This document shows, piece by piece, positions 1-11,796 of a DNA stretch of 64,000 bases (its first letter is position 1; the number at the start of each line of letters is the position of its first letter). The position numbers and the translations under genes were made by a program. Source of the DNA: Octopus bimaculoides (lineage: Eukaryota); NCBI RefSeq assembly GCF_001194135.2, contig NC_069002.1:36775535-36839534 (forward strand), read 5' to 3'. The notes under the pieces were generated by a model. That model had not been told where the DNA came from and did no database searches. It saw only the letters and a list, made by a program, of their open reading frames with translations.

Positions 1-130
1 GTTTCTGTTGAAGAGCGTAGCTCGAAACGTTAAAGACTTTCCGTATTCCCGAGCGTCATACTAATATATCCTTTTGTTATTTACACCACCTGTCCTCGTC
101 TGTTATTGTTTTTTTTCCGTACATTCTCCC
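1..130 (+). mobile_element. Penelope-like terminal repeat fragment with a degenerate hammerhead-like motif, followed by (TA)n
   Basis: CTGTTGA-A-GAGC-GTA-GCTC-GAAA-CGTT at 5-31; cut by the window edge. Confidence 0.4.
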
Positions 131-141
131 ATATATGTATG

Positions 142-174
<33 letters not shown>

Positions 175-309
175 GTATGTATATAGGTATATATATGTAT
201 ATATATATATATATATGTATATATATAGATATGCATATATATGTATGTATATATGTGTGTATATATACGCGTATATAAGTCTCAGCGAGGCCCAATATCT
301 GAAGATCCT

Positions 310-480
310 ATACACACGCACATATACGACAGGCTTCTTTCGGTTTCCGTTTACATCTTCACTCACAAGTTTTTGGTAGGCCTAAGGTTATAGCAGAAAA
401 CTTCCCTAAGTTGCTGTAAAATGGAACTGACCCTGAAACAATGTGGTTGGGCAGTGAACTTCTTAACTACAGTGTTACCT
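310..480 (-). mobile_element. SINE family A, diverged 5' half
   Basis: Reverse complement of the head/core (CTTCTTTCGGTTTCCG...CACTCACAAG...TGTGGTTGGG). Confidence 0.65.
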
Positions 481-889
481 GTTAACTCCTCCGAGTTTCT
501 GATCCTGTGGTTAAATATACAAGTTGTGTGATTAAAAAATAAGGGGGGGGGGGGCATCAGAATTGTTATATAAGTGAAATCTACATTTTTATTTCGTTTG
601 ATATGGACGTTGTTACAATTGGTGCTCTTTGTGAACAACTGCTGGCGAACTTACCACAGGGGAAACATGGGCTGGAAAGCAAGAATTAGTCAGAGACGTC
701 AGGGTAGTAGCGAACTAATTATTCCTCCTAGAAAGGCAGAGTGTGAAGACGCATGTGGGCCAGAGGTTGAACTGCATTGGGGATTCTATGTTACGTGTGT
801 TTTGTGTTATGACATTACGCTAATGATTCAAAACGTATATTTGATACAACACTTTTCTTCCCTATGTATCATTCTCTTTTTCTTAAAGA

Positions 890-950
890 CAGTGTGATTT
901 GAGGGCGATTTGACTGCTATTTCGAGCGGGTCAAGCGACGGTTCTTATGA
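890..950 (+). repeat. Dispersed repeat family D (GTGTGATTTGAGGGAGATTTGGCTGCTATTTCTAGC); also near 4230-4340(-), 5840, 6030(-), 6640, 7320, 17495, 28670(-), 34980, 36120, 47080, 48290
   Basis: The same ~40-60 bp motif recurs more than 10 times; element class not determined. Confidence 0.65.
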
Positions 951-1465
951 CGGTTACATTCTTGGCTAATATATGCATAATTATCACCACCACTCTATTC
1001 CAGACCATGAAACAAGACACTGAAATAAATTCCTACTTGTTTCATAAATACATTTTACGACAACATAGTCATCATCATTGTCATCATCGTCATTTGCATT
1101 TTAATATATTTTTGTTTCTGTTTTTACTCTCAGAGATAAGTGCTATCAGTATTTAACATGCCATTGAAAATTAGCATCGAATATTTCCACTTGACAATGT
1201 CTTTCTTTGCAACCCAGTATTGGTAGAGGCATCCACACCACCACCAACAACGTGAGATGTGTGGTAGTGGTGGTGGTGGTAGGTTTCTACGTGACCCCAC
1301 GATCCTCTAGAAAAAAAAGGGGGATTGCCATATTAGATCATGTAATTTTTCAATGACATGTCACTGTTCAACAACTCGACTTCAACATTTGGTCATCGCG
1401 AGAACTCTTTTGAATGTGGTTTGCTTGTCGCGAGTTGAATCGGTGCTGCTCAGAGGGGGGGGGGG

Positions 1466-1726
1466 NNNNNNNNNNNNNNNNNNNNNNNNNNNNNNNNNNN
1501 NNNNNNNNNNNNNNNNNNNNNNNNNNNNNNNNNNNNNNNNNNNNNNNNNNNNNNNNNNNNNNNNNNNNNNNNNNNNNNNNNNNNNNNNNNNNNNNNNNNN
1601 NNNNNNNNNNNNNNNNNNNNNNNNNNNNNNNNNNNNNNNNNNNNNNNNNNNNNNNNNNNNNNNNNNNNNNNNNNNNNNNNNNNNNNNNNNNNNNNNNNNN
1701 NNNNNNNNNNNNNNNNNNNNNNNNNN
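1466..1726. other. Assembly gap (N run); others at 15053-15195, 26792-27521, 28299-28308, 49743-49752
   Basis: Runs of n in the sequence. Confidence 1.
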
Positions 1727-4700
1727 ATGCGTTGTATATTGTAATAAGATCAACTTGAATATGTCTTTTTGATGTTTTCCTTTTTATTTTTATTTAAGAT
1801 AACTTTGTTCTCAGTTAAGCATTAAACGTCTGAGTGTGTATCTATTAAAAGAATTTTTTTTAAATCTCATCTAAAAGTGACATTTTTCGAATGGGAAACA
1901 GGTATTGATGCGAAGATGCTCTGTAGTAAAGTGGAGGATATGGAGCATTGTGTGGAATAAAAAGTAAATTCTAGGATGGTTACTTGTTGCTGTGCAACAA
2001 TTTGACTTGAAATGGTAGCAGTGCAGGCAGACCCTCGCCGGCAGTATAGGTTCTATCTCGTTATATTTTTCTCCCTCCTCATAATTTTTGTTAATTAGCT
2101 GAGTCAGAAGAGGAATGGCAGCACCTGTAACTTTTTTCTAAGGCCTCAAAGACTAGTGAGGGAAAACGAGCAAGTACTATCTAATGAATTGAACAATCGG
2201 AGCCGAGATCTGATTCGAATGTGTGGGTTCTATTAAAAGCACCCAAAGAATAGATGATGGTTCTGTCATATCTGGTGACAAATTAGATTCTCATACATTT
2301 GGACAGGTACTGACGAGCTTTCATATAATTTCCATCAACCCCGATTTTACTTACAAGAATTTGGTCGACCTACAAAGAATTATGTAACAATTCTAAGGGG
2401 AAAATAAGGTCAGCATTATGTCAAATGTTTTGAGCTGAAATTAATAGTGCGTTGGTAAATATATTTACATGTTTGAAATAATTTATTAAAGCTGTTGATT
2501 AGCAAAAGCTGTAGGTGACGAACTCTAGATTTCAATGAACAAACAAGTTAGATACAGCAGGTTGTGTGATTTGTTTTTTTATTTTTACAGGATTTTTGAA
2601 GGTAACTAGGTATTAGCTTTTGTGTTGAGATAAATTTTAGTTGCTTACCCAAGGTAAAGTCCTACGAGAGAGCATCTATATGGTCTAACGAACTATTAGA
2701 AGTTACAGCCAAATCTCCTTCAAGCCAAACCTTGCTATATAACAGAAAAGAGGATACATTGGATAAATGAAGACCAAGGTTACATTATGTTTGAGAAAGT
2801 TGGCATGGCCGTAGCTTGAGGGCTTTTGATGATCGGTGTTGACTTGAGACTAAACAACCCATCTCGATTGCTCAAGAAATCAAATTCCAGAAGCATTAAT
2901 AGTAGCAATATGCAATCAAGAAGGAAATATACTAAACGTAAAAGTACATTTGGAGGTTGAATATGGGTGGGTGGGGAATGATTTATCAGCATTTAGCCTT
3001 TCTGATAAAAAGTTCGTATTTAAATTAAAATCTTACATCATAATTTTTTATTTTAGTTAGAAATCTTTCGTTGTTTCAAGCAAGGCATAACGGGGGGAAA
3101 ATGTTATTTCACTAAATTTCTCAAGATTATGGATTATTTTCAAAGTTAATTGAAACGCACATAGGCTGTGTTATATCGTCTGAAATCTAATAACGAAATG
3201 GTTTAAGGATAGGATTTATATTTTCATTTGAATTCGCTTTTGTTCAGTTTTTGTGTTGTCACTAAGAACTGTACAAAAGTCGTTGTACTTTTGGGAGTTA
3301 AACCCCATCAAAAATGTGACCGCTTTATACCCCAATTATAATTTACTGTCCCAACAAAATATAAATTGCAGATTTCTATGTATTGTTAATTACTTCATCA
3401 AGTACTGTATGAAGTCTACGCTCACTCCATTTAGATCTAGTTGAATAAAAGACAGGATGATCACGGACGGGATGTCTTTTGATCCTATGATTGCGAGATC
3501 AAGATTGTCCTGAGGCTAAACCGCAACAACCCAGCTATCTAAAAGCGATAATTGTTCGTGTACTTGACTCAGGAGATAAAGCCAAAACATGTCCGGAGAT
3601 GTCTCTCGTTCTTACCAAACTGATTAATATAATATTTAGTCATCGAGCTAATTATTGTTTTTTCCTCACCGCAAAAGTATTTGTAATTAAAACTTTTTGG
3701 TGACTTCTCGGTTTTTCTTTTTGTACATATTAAGATGGACAACAAATCGGACCCCCCCCCCCCCAACAATTACCAAACCATTACACGGGTGGTAAACCAG
3801 TCTTCATTTCGTAAATAGATCACCCATGCCTTAGAAATGACACCAAGGAAATTCATGTATATTGGGGAGGGGGGGGAATTGTCTGAAGTGCTAAGCATGG
3901 TGTTCCGATGAGCCTCCTCCTTTCTATTGTGTTTGTATGCTGCCTCGTCGGGATCTACGAAATGAAAGCTGTGATTTAATGTGCAATGATTTGGTGATTG
4001 CTTTTTGTTGTTGCCTATCATTATATGTACATAAAACGAAAGATCGCCATATTTTTTTTATGCTCATTGCATAAAATTGTTGTCTTTCGTATGGATGGCG
4101 TCCGTGAGTAATTAACCTTAATTGATTAATTATTTAAAACCGACAGATAATAACTTATTTATTCCTCCACACCAGGGAGATTGTAGTGAAAACGTATGAG
4201 TCAACAAGGGAGCTTCTACGTGAAAGCTTGATTTGCTAGAAATAGCAGCCAACTCTTCAAATCACACCCTACCTGTTTAAAGAAAAGTGTATTTAGACCT
4301 AGAGACACCATTGTCTGAATAAAAAAAAAACGGGATAGTCACGGTTTGAATGTCTTTAATCATAAGCCTGTTCGAACAGTGTTGGGGCTAAACAGCGATG
4401 GAAGATTCGTGGACCTGATTCGAAAGAGGAACTCGAAAGCTTCTGTTGTTCAGTCTTGGGTCAACTTATTAAACAGACCCATATCATTAAAAGCGTTCCA
4501 GTTATGACTATCTTTTTACAAACGTACCCTTTGTATCCAGGAGTGGATTTTAATTTTCCTGAAAGGCATCCAAGACGTGAATGGAATTATGTTTACACAA
4601 AATACATTTGAACGACGGAGGCCTGGCAGAATCGACAGTGTCGGAGAAAATACTTTGCGGTATTCCGACATTTTTACATTCCGAGTTCGAATGCCGGCGG

Positions 4701-6745
4701 GGTCGGCTTTGTCGTTCATCCTTTCTGGGTCGATAAAAAAAATAAATAAATAAACTAGAGAGGTACTGGGATGATTTAAACGACTGACTCCCTCCCACGA
4801 AGTTTCAGGTCTTGCGCCTTTACCAGAACTAATTAAACATGCTGTTTTCCGTCCCTTTTTGTTTCCTCTCTCTCTCTCTCTCTCTTCCTTCCCTGCAATC
4901 TTTCTCTTTTCATTTATATCTCTTTATACTCTCTGTTTCTCTACACCTCGCACACTACGGACAATGTAATCTTGGTAGACCTGAATAATATAGTCCTAGT
5001 TACTCTTAAAAAGACGGGAGAGTCACGGCTAGAATGCATTTGACTGAGTTGACTTAGGCTAAGCAACCATTACCTCATACAGTCACTCTCTCTCTCTCTC
5101 TCTCTCTATTCTCCTCTCTACTCTTACATTCCCTGTCCCATCACTACAGTCTCATATGTCCTCTCCCTTTCACATCTATCATTACATTTCTCTATTACAC
5201 ACACACACACACACTCTCTCTATCTATCTCTTTCTTTCTTTCTGTCTGCTCCTCTTCTTACGCCATCCACCACTTTCCCACCATTCTATTTTCCAATATT
5301 GTCTTTGCCCTCCCCCCATACTATTTTCTCTTTCCTTTTCCAGTGTCTTTTCATTCCTCCCCTTCTCTAACACACTACTTTTGTCCCTTGAAATTTCTCT
5401 CCCTCTCCCTCCCTCTCTCTTATCATTCCATCATCTAATTCTCAATTCAATAATATTATTAATCATGACATCCACGGAAAAAACAAATATTTGAGCTTGT
5501 TCTTCATATTTAAAGAAGCTGACTTGTCCGCAGTCGCCAGATTCTTCATACCACATTCTCTTCATTCCGGCAAATTAATTACTGGAATCCAAGAAAGACA
5601 AGAATCCTCTCGTAAACAAATATGGGATAGAAATATGTAACAAATAAACAATAAATAAAGAACTGAAAGTTATTAAAATCTCCAAGAGAATGTTATTTAA
5701 CACCATTTCAGCTCCACTAATGCAAATCTATGATCAAAAATGTCCCGTCAGTGACCATTCCATCTCTTATATTTTTTGGGGCATTGGGTGCCTATAGTTA
5801 CATTATCCTACACATCCCATTCCTTTTATTCTTTCGACAGAAGAAATTTGGCTGCTATTTCTAGCAAATCGAACAGCCACTTATAGGCTTCCTTGTTGAC
5901 ACGATTGAAATATAGGGAAACAACTGGAACAAAATTCTTTGATATTTCTTATAACTGCATGTGTGCATGTATGTGTAGAGTCCATAAGGGAAATTATGTG
6001 GTTGATCATTCTGCAAGAAATAGCAGACAAACTTCGCTCAACTGACTACTGATTTAATTTAAAAAAAGCACACATTGGATAAGATAGCCTTGTCCAAAAA
6101 CAGACGAGATGGTTATGGCAGTAACACCTTTTGTACAATAAAAGACTCCTTTACAATAACAGGACCATTAATGTAATTAAAATTTAAACACTCCAAGCTA
6201 AGAACATTGGCAATCACTGGAATACTTGAACACAAACGAAATATAATAAATATGAAGAACTCCATTTACAAGAACTAATCCTAGATACTGTAAAACAGGA
6301 CAGCCATGATAGGAAAGGCTTTCTATCACGTTTGTTCAATAGCAAGGCTTTCTATTACACATACATGTACAATAGCTTACCAGCCATTCCTTCAAGGAAG
6401 TTGTACTCCCACTGTCAGAGTGAGAACCACAGCAAATTGGGATGGCTTGCAGAGGGTAAAATAGGCACAGTATTTTTCTTGGGGTTTTTATTTAGTACCA
6501 AGCAGCAAACGTATAACCAAAGGTGTTCCAACTGTGACCATCCTTTAGCAGTTCGAATGACCAAGTAGATGTTTCCTTGCTGACTCGTTTGTGTTATTTA
6601 TTCCCCCAAACAAAATCTTTTTTTTTTAAGATGTTAGGATGTGATTTGGAGGAGATTTGGTTGTTATTTTTAGTGTACAAAGTGCCTTAGTTGTAGCTCC
6701 TTCGTTGGTTTGTCTATTATGTTTGTTGCTCTTGGTCAGTCTTGA

Positions 6746-6956
6746 TTGACCCCTAAGTGTTCAGATTTTTTTCTGTCAAATCTAATCCTTATTTATTCAC
6801 ATTGTTTTGAATTAATCATGCATTATCTTGTAGCTTTCAGATATCAGTGGTGTGATTATTTATTTTTAGACTGACATTGTAGGGTAGGTTGAAGAGGCTG
6901 GAGCTGGTTAGAATATTCTGGCCACATGTGGCTGGTTTTAAATGCTAAAGGGTTAA
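6746..6956. mobile_element. piggyBac-like MITE (family E), diverged
   Basis: Ends AATGCTAAAGGGTTAA; internal homology to 13435-13649 in reverse orientation. Confidence 0.65.
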
Positions 6957-7610
6957 GCAGATTGTTGAGACAGACTTTCTATGGTCTGGTTGCCTTCCCT
7001 GTTCCCAACCTTCATCTGATATTTATAAGGCTGGGAAGCAGACTTCTTACCACATAGCCATGTCTGAAAAAAATCATTGAGCTTTGTTGCTAGTTTAGGT
7101 TTTGGTGTTAAATTAGATTGTCATCTGGCTAAGGACCATTGCACACACTCTGACCTGCAATGGCAGAACATATTGCATCCTCTCCACTATCAAGTGTCTG
7201 TACTGCCATAGGTCTGATTGAGCTGACCTATATTTTTAGGTATTCCAACGATGACCATCCATTTTTTTCCAGATATAGTTCATGTATTATTTTATTATCC
7301 AATGTGTCTTCCCTTATTTTTTGAAGGGAATTTGACTGCTATTTCTAACAGACTGAGTGACCATGGACGAATAGGCTCTTGGTGTTTGAGAGTATTGAAA
7401 ATGGTTATGGTGGTTCAGTTAGGATTCAAAAGTTGCCATTGAAAGTTTGTGCTGTACCCCTCCCCTCTTTCTGTTTGTCTCTGTCTTCTCTATCTCTCTA
7501 TCTCTCTCTCTCTCTCTCTCTCTCCCTCATAGTGTTGCATGTCTTTTTTATGACTTAAATGGGGAAGGAGGGGCAATAATCATGATCTTGGATTATTGGC
7601 TGATTTCACA

Positions 7611-7990
7611 GGTGCAGTCATGGCTGTGTGGTAAGAAGTTTGTTTCCCAACCACATGGTTCTAAGTTCAGTCCTATTGCATGGCACCTTGGGAAAGTGTC
7701 TTCTACTATGGCCTTGGGCCAACCAAATCCTTGTGGGTGGATTTTGGTAGAAAGAAACTGAAAGAAATCTGTAGTATGTCTGTCTTTGTGTCTGTGTTTA
7801 TCCCTCACTATCACTTGACAACCGATGTTGGTGTATTTATGTCCCCATGACTTAACAGTTTGGCTAAAGAGACTGATAAAATAAGTACCAGACTTTAAAA
7901 AAAGAGTACTAGGGTCAATTCAGTCAACTAAAAATTCCTCGAGGTGGTGCCCCAGCAGGGCTGCAGTCTAATGACCGAAACAAATGAAAG
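7611..7990 (+). mobile_element. SINE family A copy
   Basis: Colinear with 39383-39778. Confidence 0.8.
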
Positions 7991-8152
7991 AGAAAACATA
8001 TTTTTTCAATTTTTACAATACGTTACAGTATAATTTTTAAGTTACTTAAATCATTAGTTCCCAGTCTGGAGTCTGCCACAACTATGATTTCACTTGGCTT
8101 GACAAGTCTTCGCAAGCACAGCATATTGCCAGGTCTCAGTCACTTGTTAATT

Positions 8153-8318
8153 ATCATCATCATCATCATCGTTGTTTAACATCTGCTTTCCATGCTGGCA
8201 TGGCTTGAACGGTTTGACTGAGGACCGGAGAACCAGAAGGCTGCACCAGGCTCCAATCCGATCTGGCAATGTTTCTACAGCTGGATGCCCTTCCTAATAC
8301 CAACCACTCCGAGAGGAG

Positions 8319-8320
<2 letters not shown>
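8153..8320 (-). mobile_element. Family B, 5'-truncated copy
   Basis: (CAT)n followed by the reverse complement of the family B 3' end. Confidence 0.8.
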
Positions 8321-8353
<33 letters not shown>

Positions 8354-8359
8354 AAATGA

Positions 8360-8530
8360 ACAACAAGCTTCTTTCAGTTTCCAGTTTCTTCCTACCAAAT
8401 CCACTCACAATGCTTTGGTAGGCCTGAGGCTATAGAAAAACTCACGTGCCCAGGGTGTCACACAGTGGAACTGAACCTAGAATCATGTGGTTGGGATACG
8501 GGCTTCTTACCACACAGGCATGCCTGCACC
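8360..8530 (-). mobile_element. SINE family A 5' half
   Basis: Reverse complement of the family A head. Confidence 0.75.
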
Positions 8531-9102
8531 CGACAGTCATAGGGAAAAATTCATTTCATCATATCGACATTTCTTCACTGGTTCCTAGTTGTAATGTTGC
8601 ACCAGGTAACCTACTGGATAGCATACCACCACAATACTTCTCTGAACAAAGAAACTTCAACCAGATGTAGGTACCATCATGTTCATTCCAACTACCCCTG
8701 TAATAAACACTTTCTATAGTCCTTCTACCCCAGAATTGCAGTCCTTTGAAGCACCCTCCTTTTGCATGCTTTCCCAACAAGCGTAAAATTGCAAAAATCC
8801 AAGTTGATAATCAATTACATCGACCTGATCACTCTGATGTCACCTAAAAATGCTATTTTTCAACTAGAGATCTTAGTGAAATACTTAGAACAGACAGAAC
8901 ATCTAAGGATTGGCTCGTGAAGTTAAATAGGCCAACAGATTAGGTCTAAGCATTTAACAAGTAACAGGCAGTTGGAAGGCTTGCATTCACCCAAGGCCAT
9001 GTTATCTACATCACACACACACACATGTATGTACATGTTTATGTATGTGTATGTATATCTATATAGATGTGTGCGTGTGTCACACAGACAGACATTCTCA
9101 TC

Positions 9103-9148
<46 letters not shown>

Positions 9149-9323
9149 AATAACACGGAAAAAATAAATAAACAGTTACCAGTGTAGCTAAAATTCACAC
9201 AAGAACCAAGGATGTAACAGCCTACTTATAAAGGTAGAAACTCCAGGTTTAGGTGAAATGTTTTGTATAATGTAGATAAATAAATAAATGGAGTTAAACA
9301 CAAGTGTTATTCAAATTCTTTTA

Positions 9324-9412
9324 CTTCCGACATATGTTTCAAAGACAAGGTTGGTATTATTCCAGAAGGAACAAAAATGGTGTAAAACAATGCAGTCTTC
9401 TCATCAGGGAAA
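9324..9412 (-). ncRNA. Type I hammerhead ribozyme motif (Penelope-like/retrozyme type) with an extended loop II
   Basis: Minus strand reads UUUCC-CUGAUGA-GAAGAC-(48 nt)-GUCUUU-GAAA-C-AUAU-GUC-GGAAG: stem I 5 bp, stem II 6 bp, palindromic stem III, GUC cleavage triplet. Confidence 0.8.
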
Positions 9413-9853
9413 GAAAGAAACCAAACACATCAATAAGTCATTTTAACAGAATGTGATGACTGCATACATGATGAAGGGAACGCTATTGAGTTTTTTTTTT
9501 TTGAAAAATCGTTAGTAGATATAACGTCAAAGGTAGTTTATTGAAAGAGGAGGAGGAGAAAGAAAGAAATTAGCAGAAAACTAATAGAGGAGAGATATGG
9601 AGCGATAGGTGAATTAGAATAAAGCTTAAAGACATGGAAGTAGATATATTTAGCGGAAGTGAAATGTAAGAAGACAGCGAAAGGTCGAATTTTATAGAAT
9701 GGTAGAAATCACTTATAGGAACTAAAAGTAGGTTTCTGCTAATGTTTGCAACGATAAACGTGTTCTATAAACGTGTTCACAAGAGGATTGTCTGAGAACA
9801 GGATGAAATACATTTCTGTTAAAATATCTTATTGATGTGTTTGGTTTCTTTCT

Positions 9854-9940
9854 TTCTTTGATGAGAAGATTGCATTGTTTTACACCATTTTATTCCTTCT
9901 GGAATAATATCAATGTTGTCTTTGAAACACATGTTGGGAG
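9854..9940 (+). ncRNA. Decayed second copy of the same hammerhead (core TTGATGA, triplet GTT)
   Basis: Reverse-complement homologue of 9324-9412 carrying mainly C>T changes. Confidence 0.6.
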
Positions 9941-10020
9941 TAAAAGAATTTGAATAACACCTGCATTTAACTCTATATTTATATATATATATATATACAT
10001 ACATATATATATATATATAT

Positions 10021-10239
10021 AAGCCCGTCGTATATATGTGTGTGTGTGTCTGTGTTTGTCCTCCAACATTGCTTGACAAACGATGTTGGTGTGTTTACGT
10101 CCCCGTAACTTAGCGGTTCGGCAAAAGAGACCAATAGAATAAGTACTAGGCTCACAAAGAATAAGTCCTGGGGTCAATTTGCTCAACTAAAGCGGTGCCC
10201 TAGCATGGCCGCAGTCAAATGACTGAAACAAGTAAAAGA

Positions 10240-10243
<4 letters not shown>
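10021..10243 (+). mobile_element. SINE family A 3' half followed by (TA)n
   Basis: High identity to the 3' half of 39383-39778. Confidence 0.8.
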
Positions 10244-10304
<61 letters not shown>

Positions 10305-10911
10305 TATATACATATATACACACACACATACATACAAACACATAAATAGATAATGTGGGTGTGAATATGTGAATACGTATGCTCATCTATTTGTCTTATT
10401 TCTTCTGTCTCTGTCTTTCTCTTTGTGTGTGTGTGTGTGTGTGTTCACCTGCTTGCATGACATTGATACTGCAGTTGTCTGACTGTGGTGCTTAAGGTAT
10501 GGCAACGATATACCAGAACACTCACTGAATGAGTTTTCACGGAAAGTTATCCAAAACTAAAATTGTTTTTAAGGGATTCTGCCACATTACTTAAATGGCT
10601 AATGTTGTTATGTGGGCTGAGTCATCACCATCTAATCAGCTAAACCACCAAACTAACTTTATACAGTTGGTTATGATTACCCCCCCCCCTCTCTCTCTCT
10701 GACTGCCTTACCATCATCCATCACAGTAGTATAGTGTCCCTAATTCACTCTTACCCCTCCTGATAGTAAAATTGAAGAAATCATTATTACTAATGTGTAG
10801 TTGGCATTATGCAGTCAGTCATTGCTTACCTCCTCATATTTCCAACTTCCTGGGGTTGGTAATGGAGGTGGGAAGGGCCAGTTGTTGTTTCTGCAGAAGC
10901 TATTCCTGCTG

Positions 10912-10923
10912 CTACTACTACTA

Positions 10924-10957
<34 letters not shown>

Positions 10958-10984
10958 ATTAACAGCTTTAACAATAATAATAAT
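10912..10984 (+). repeat. Compound trinucleotide microsatellite (CTA)n(CTG)n...(AAT)n
   Basis: Read directly from the sequence. Confidence 0.9.
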
Positions 10985-11379
10985 TTCTCTATATTGGCTC
11001 CAGTTCAAATGTTTGTAGAGAAGGTGACCGTACTGCCCCAACTTTTTGGCTGGGGTAAGTATCTGAACCATTGTCAAGCACCGAAAGCCAGCATAATTGA
11101 TAATCTTCTGGGGATACTTTGCATATTGATGGGGCAATCTTATTTGGAAAACTTTCACCTTAGAGACTAAATGTCCACAACATAGAAGACATTCTAGTTA
11201 GAAAGCTTTCTAGTTTGAGATAAGCACTAAACTACTGACCTAGCATTATCATCAGTTAGAACTGTACAAGATATGAGCTGGCCTATAAACCATTCTGTAT
11301 GCACTTATCCAAACATTGTTCCGTGTCCAAACATTGCTGACTTCCAAAGTTACGTGAAACAAATATTGTTAAATATAGG

Positions 11380-11515
11380 TACAGTGTAGCTGTGTGGTAA
11401 AAAGTTTGCTTCTCTACCACATAGTTCTAGGTTCAAACTTACTGTGAAGCACCTTGAGCAAATGTCTTCTATTATAATTCTGGACGAACTAATGCTTTGT
11501 GAGTGGATTTGGTAG
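11380..11515 (+). mobile_element. SINE family A head, fused to a family B element
   Basis: Head homology ends at GAGTGGATTTGGTAG and family B begins immediately. Confidence 0.7.
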
Positions 11516-11796
11516 TTGCCAGTGCCGCTGGACTGGCTCCCGTGCAGGTGGCAAATAAAAAACACCTTTTTGAGCGTGGCCATTGCCAGTACCGTGTGAC
11601 TAGCCCTCGTGCCGGTGGCACATAAAAGCACCCACTACTCTCGGAGTGGTTGGCATTAGGAAGGACATCCAGCTGTAGAAACTCTGCCAGATCAAATTGG
11701 AGCCTGGTGCAGCCTTCTGGCTTGCCAGTCCTCAGTCAAATCGTCCAACCCATGCTAGCATGGAAAGCGGACGTTAAACAATGATGATGATGATGA
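11516..11796 (+). mobile_element. Repeat family B (RTE-LINE 3'-end-derived, (GAT)n tail)
   Basis: ...AAAAGCACCCACTAC..TCTCGGAGTGGTTGGC.TTAGGAAGG.CATCCAGCTGTAGAAACTCTGCC...CATGGAAAGCGGACGTTAAAC(GAT)n; multiple near-identical copies. Confidence 0.8.

Larger units (their letters stand above)
9280..9985. mobile_element. Penelope-like retroelement remnant with inverted ~155 bp arms (~9280-9437 and ~9827-9985) around a purine-rich spacer
   Basis: The arms are visibly reverse-complementary and each carries a hammerhead motif. No ORF recognised. Confidence 0.55.

Noticed and set aside
74-379. ORFs rich in YI/VC/HT dipeptides (here and throughout) and ORFs spanning X runs
   Set aside because: They are translations of (TA)n/(CA)n microsatellites or N-gaps, not genes.
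2780-2992. 70-aa minus-strand ORF in unique-looking sequence
   Set aside because: No recognisable motif, no splice support, and its length is within chance expectation.
5156-5494. 112-aa L/S/F/P-rich ORF
   Set aside because: Artefact of a long polypyrimidine tract.
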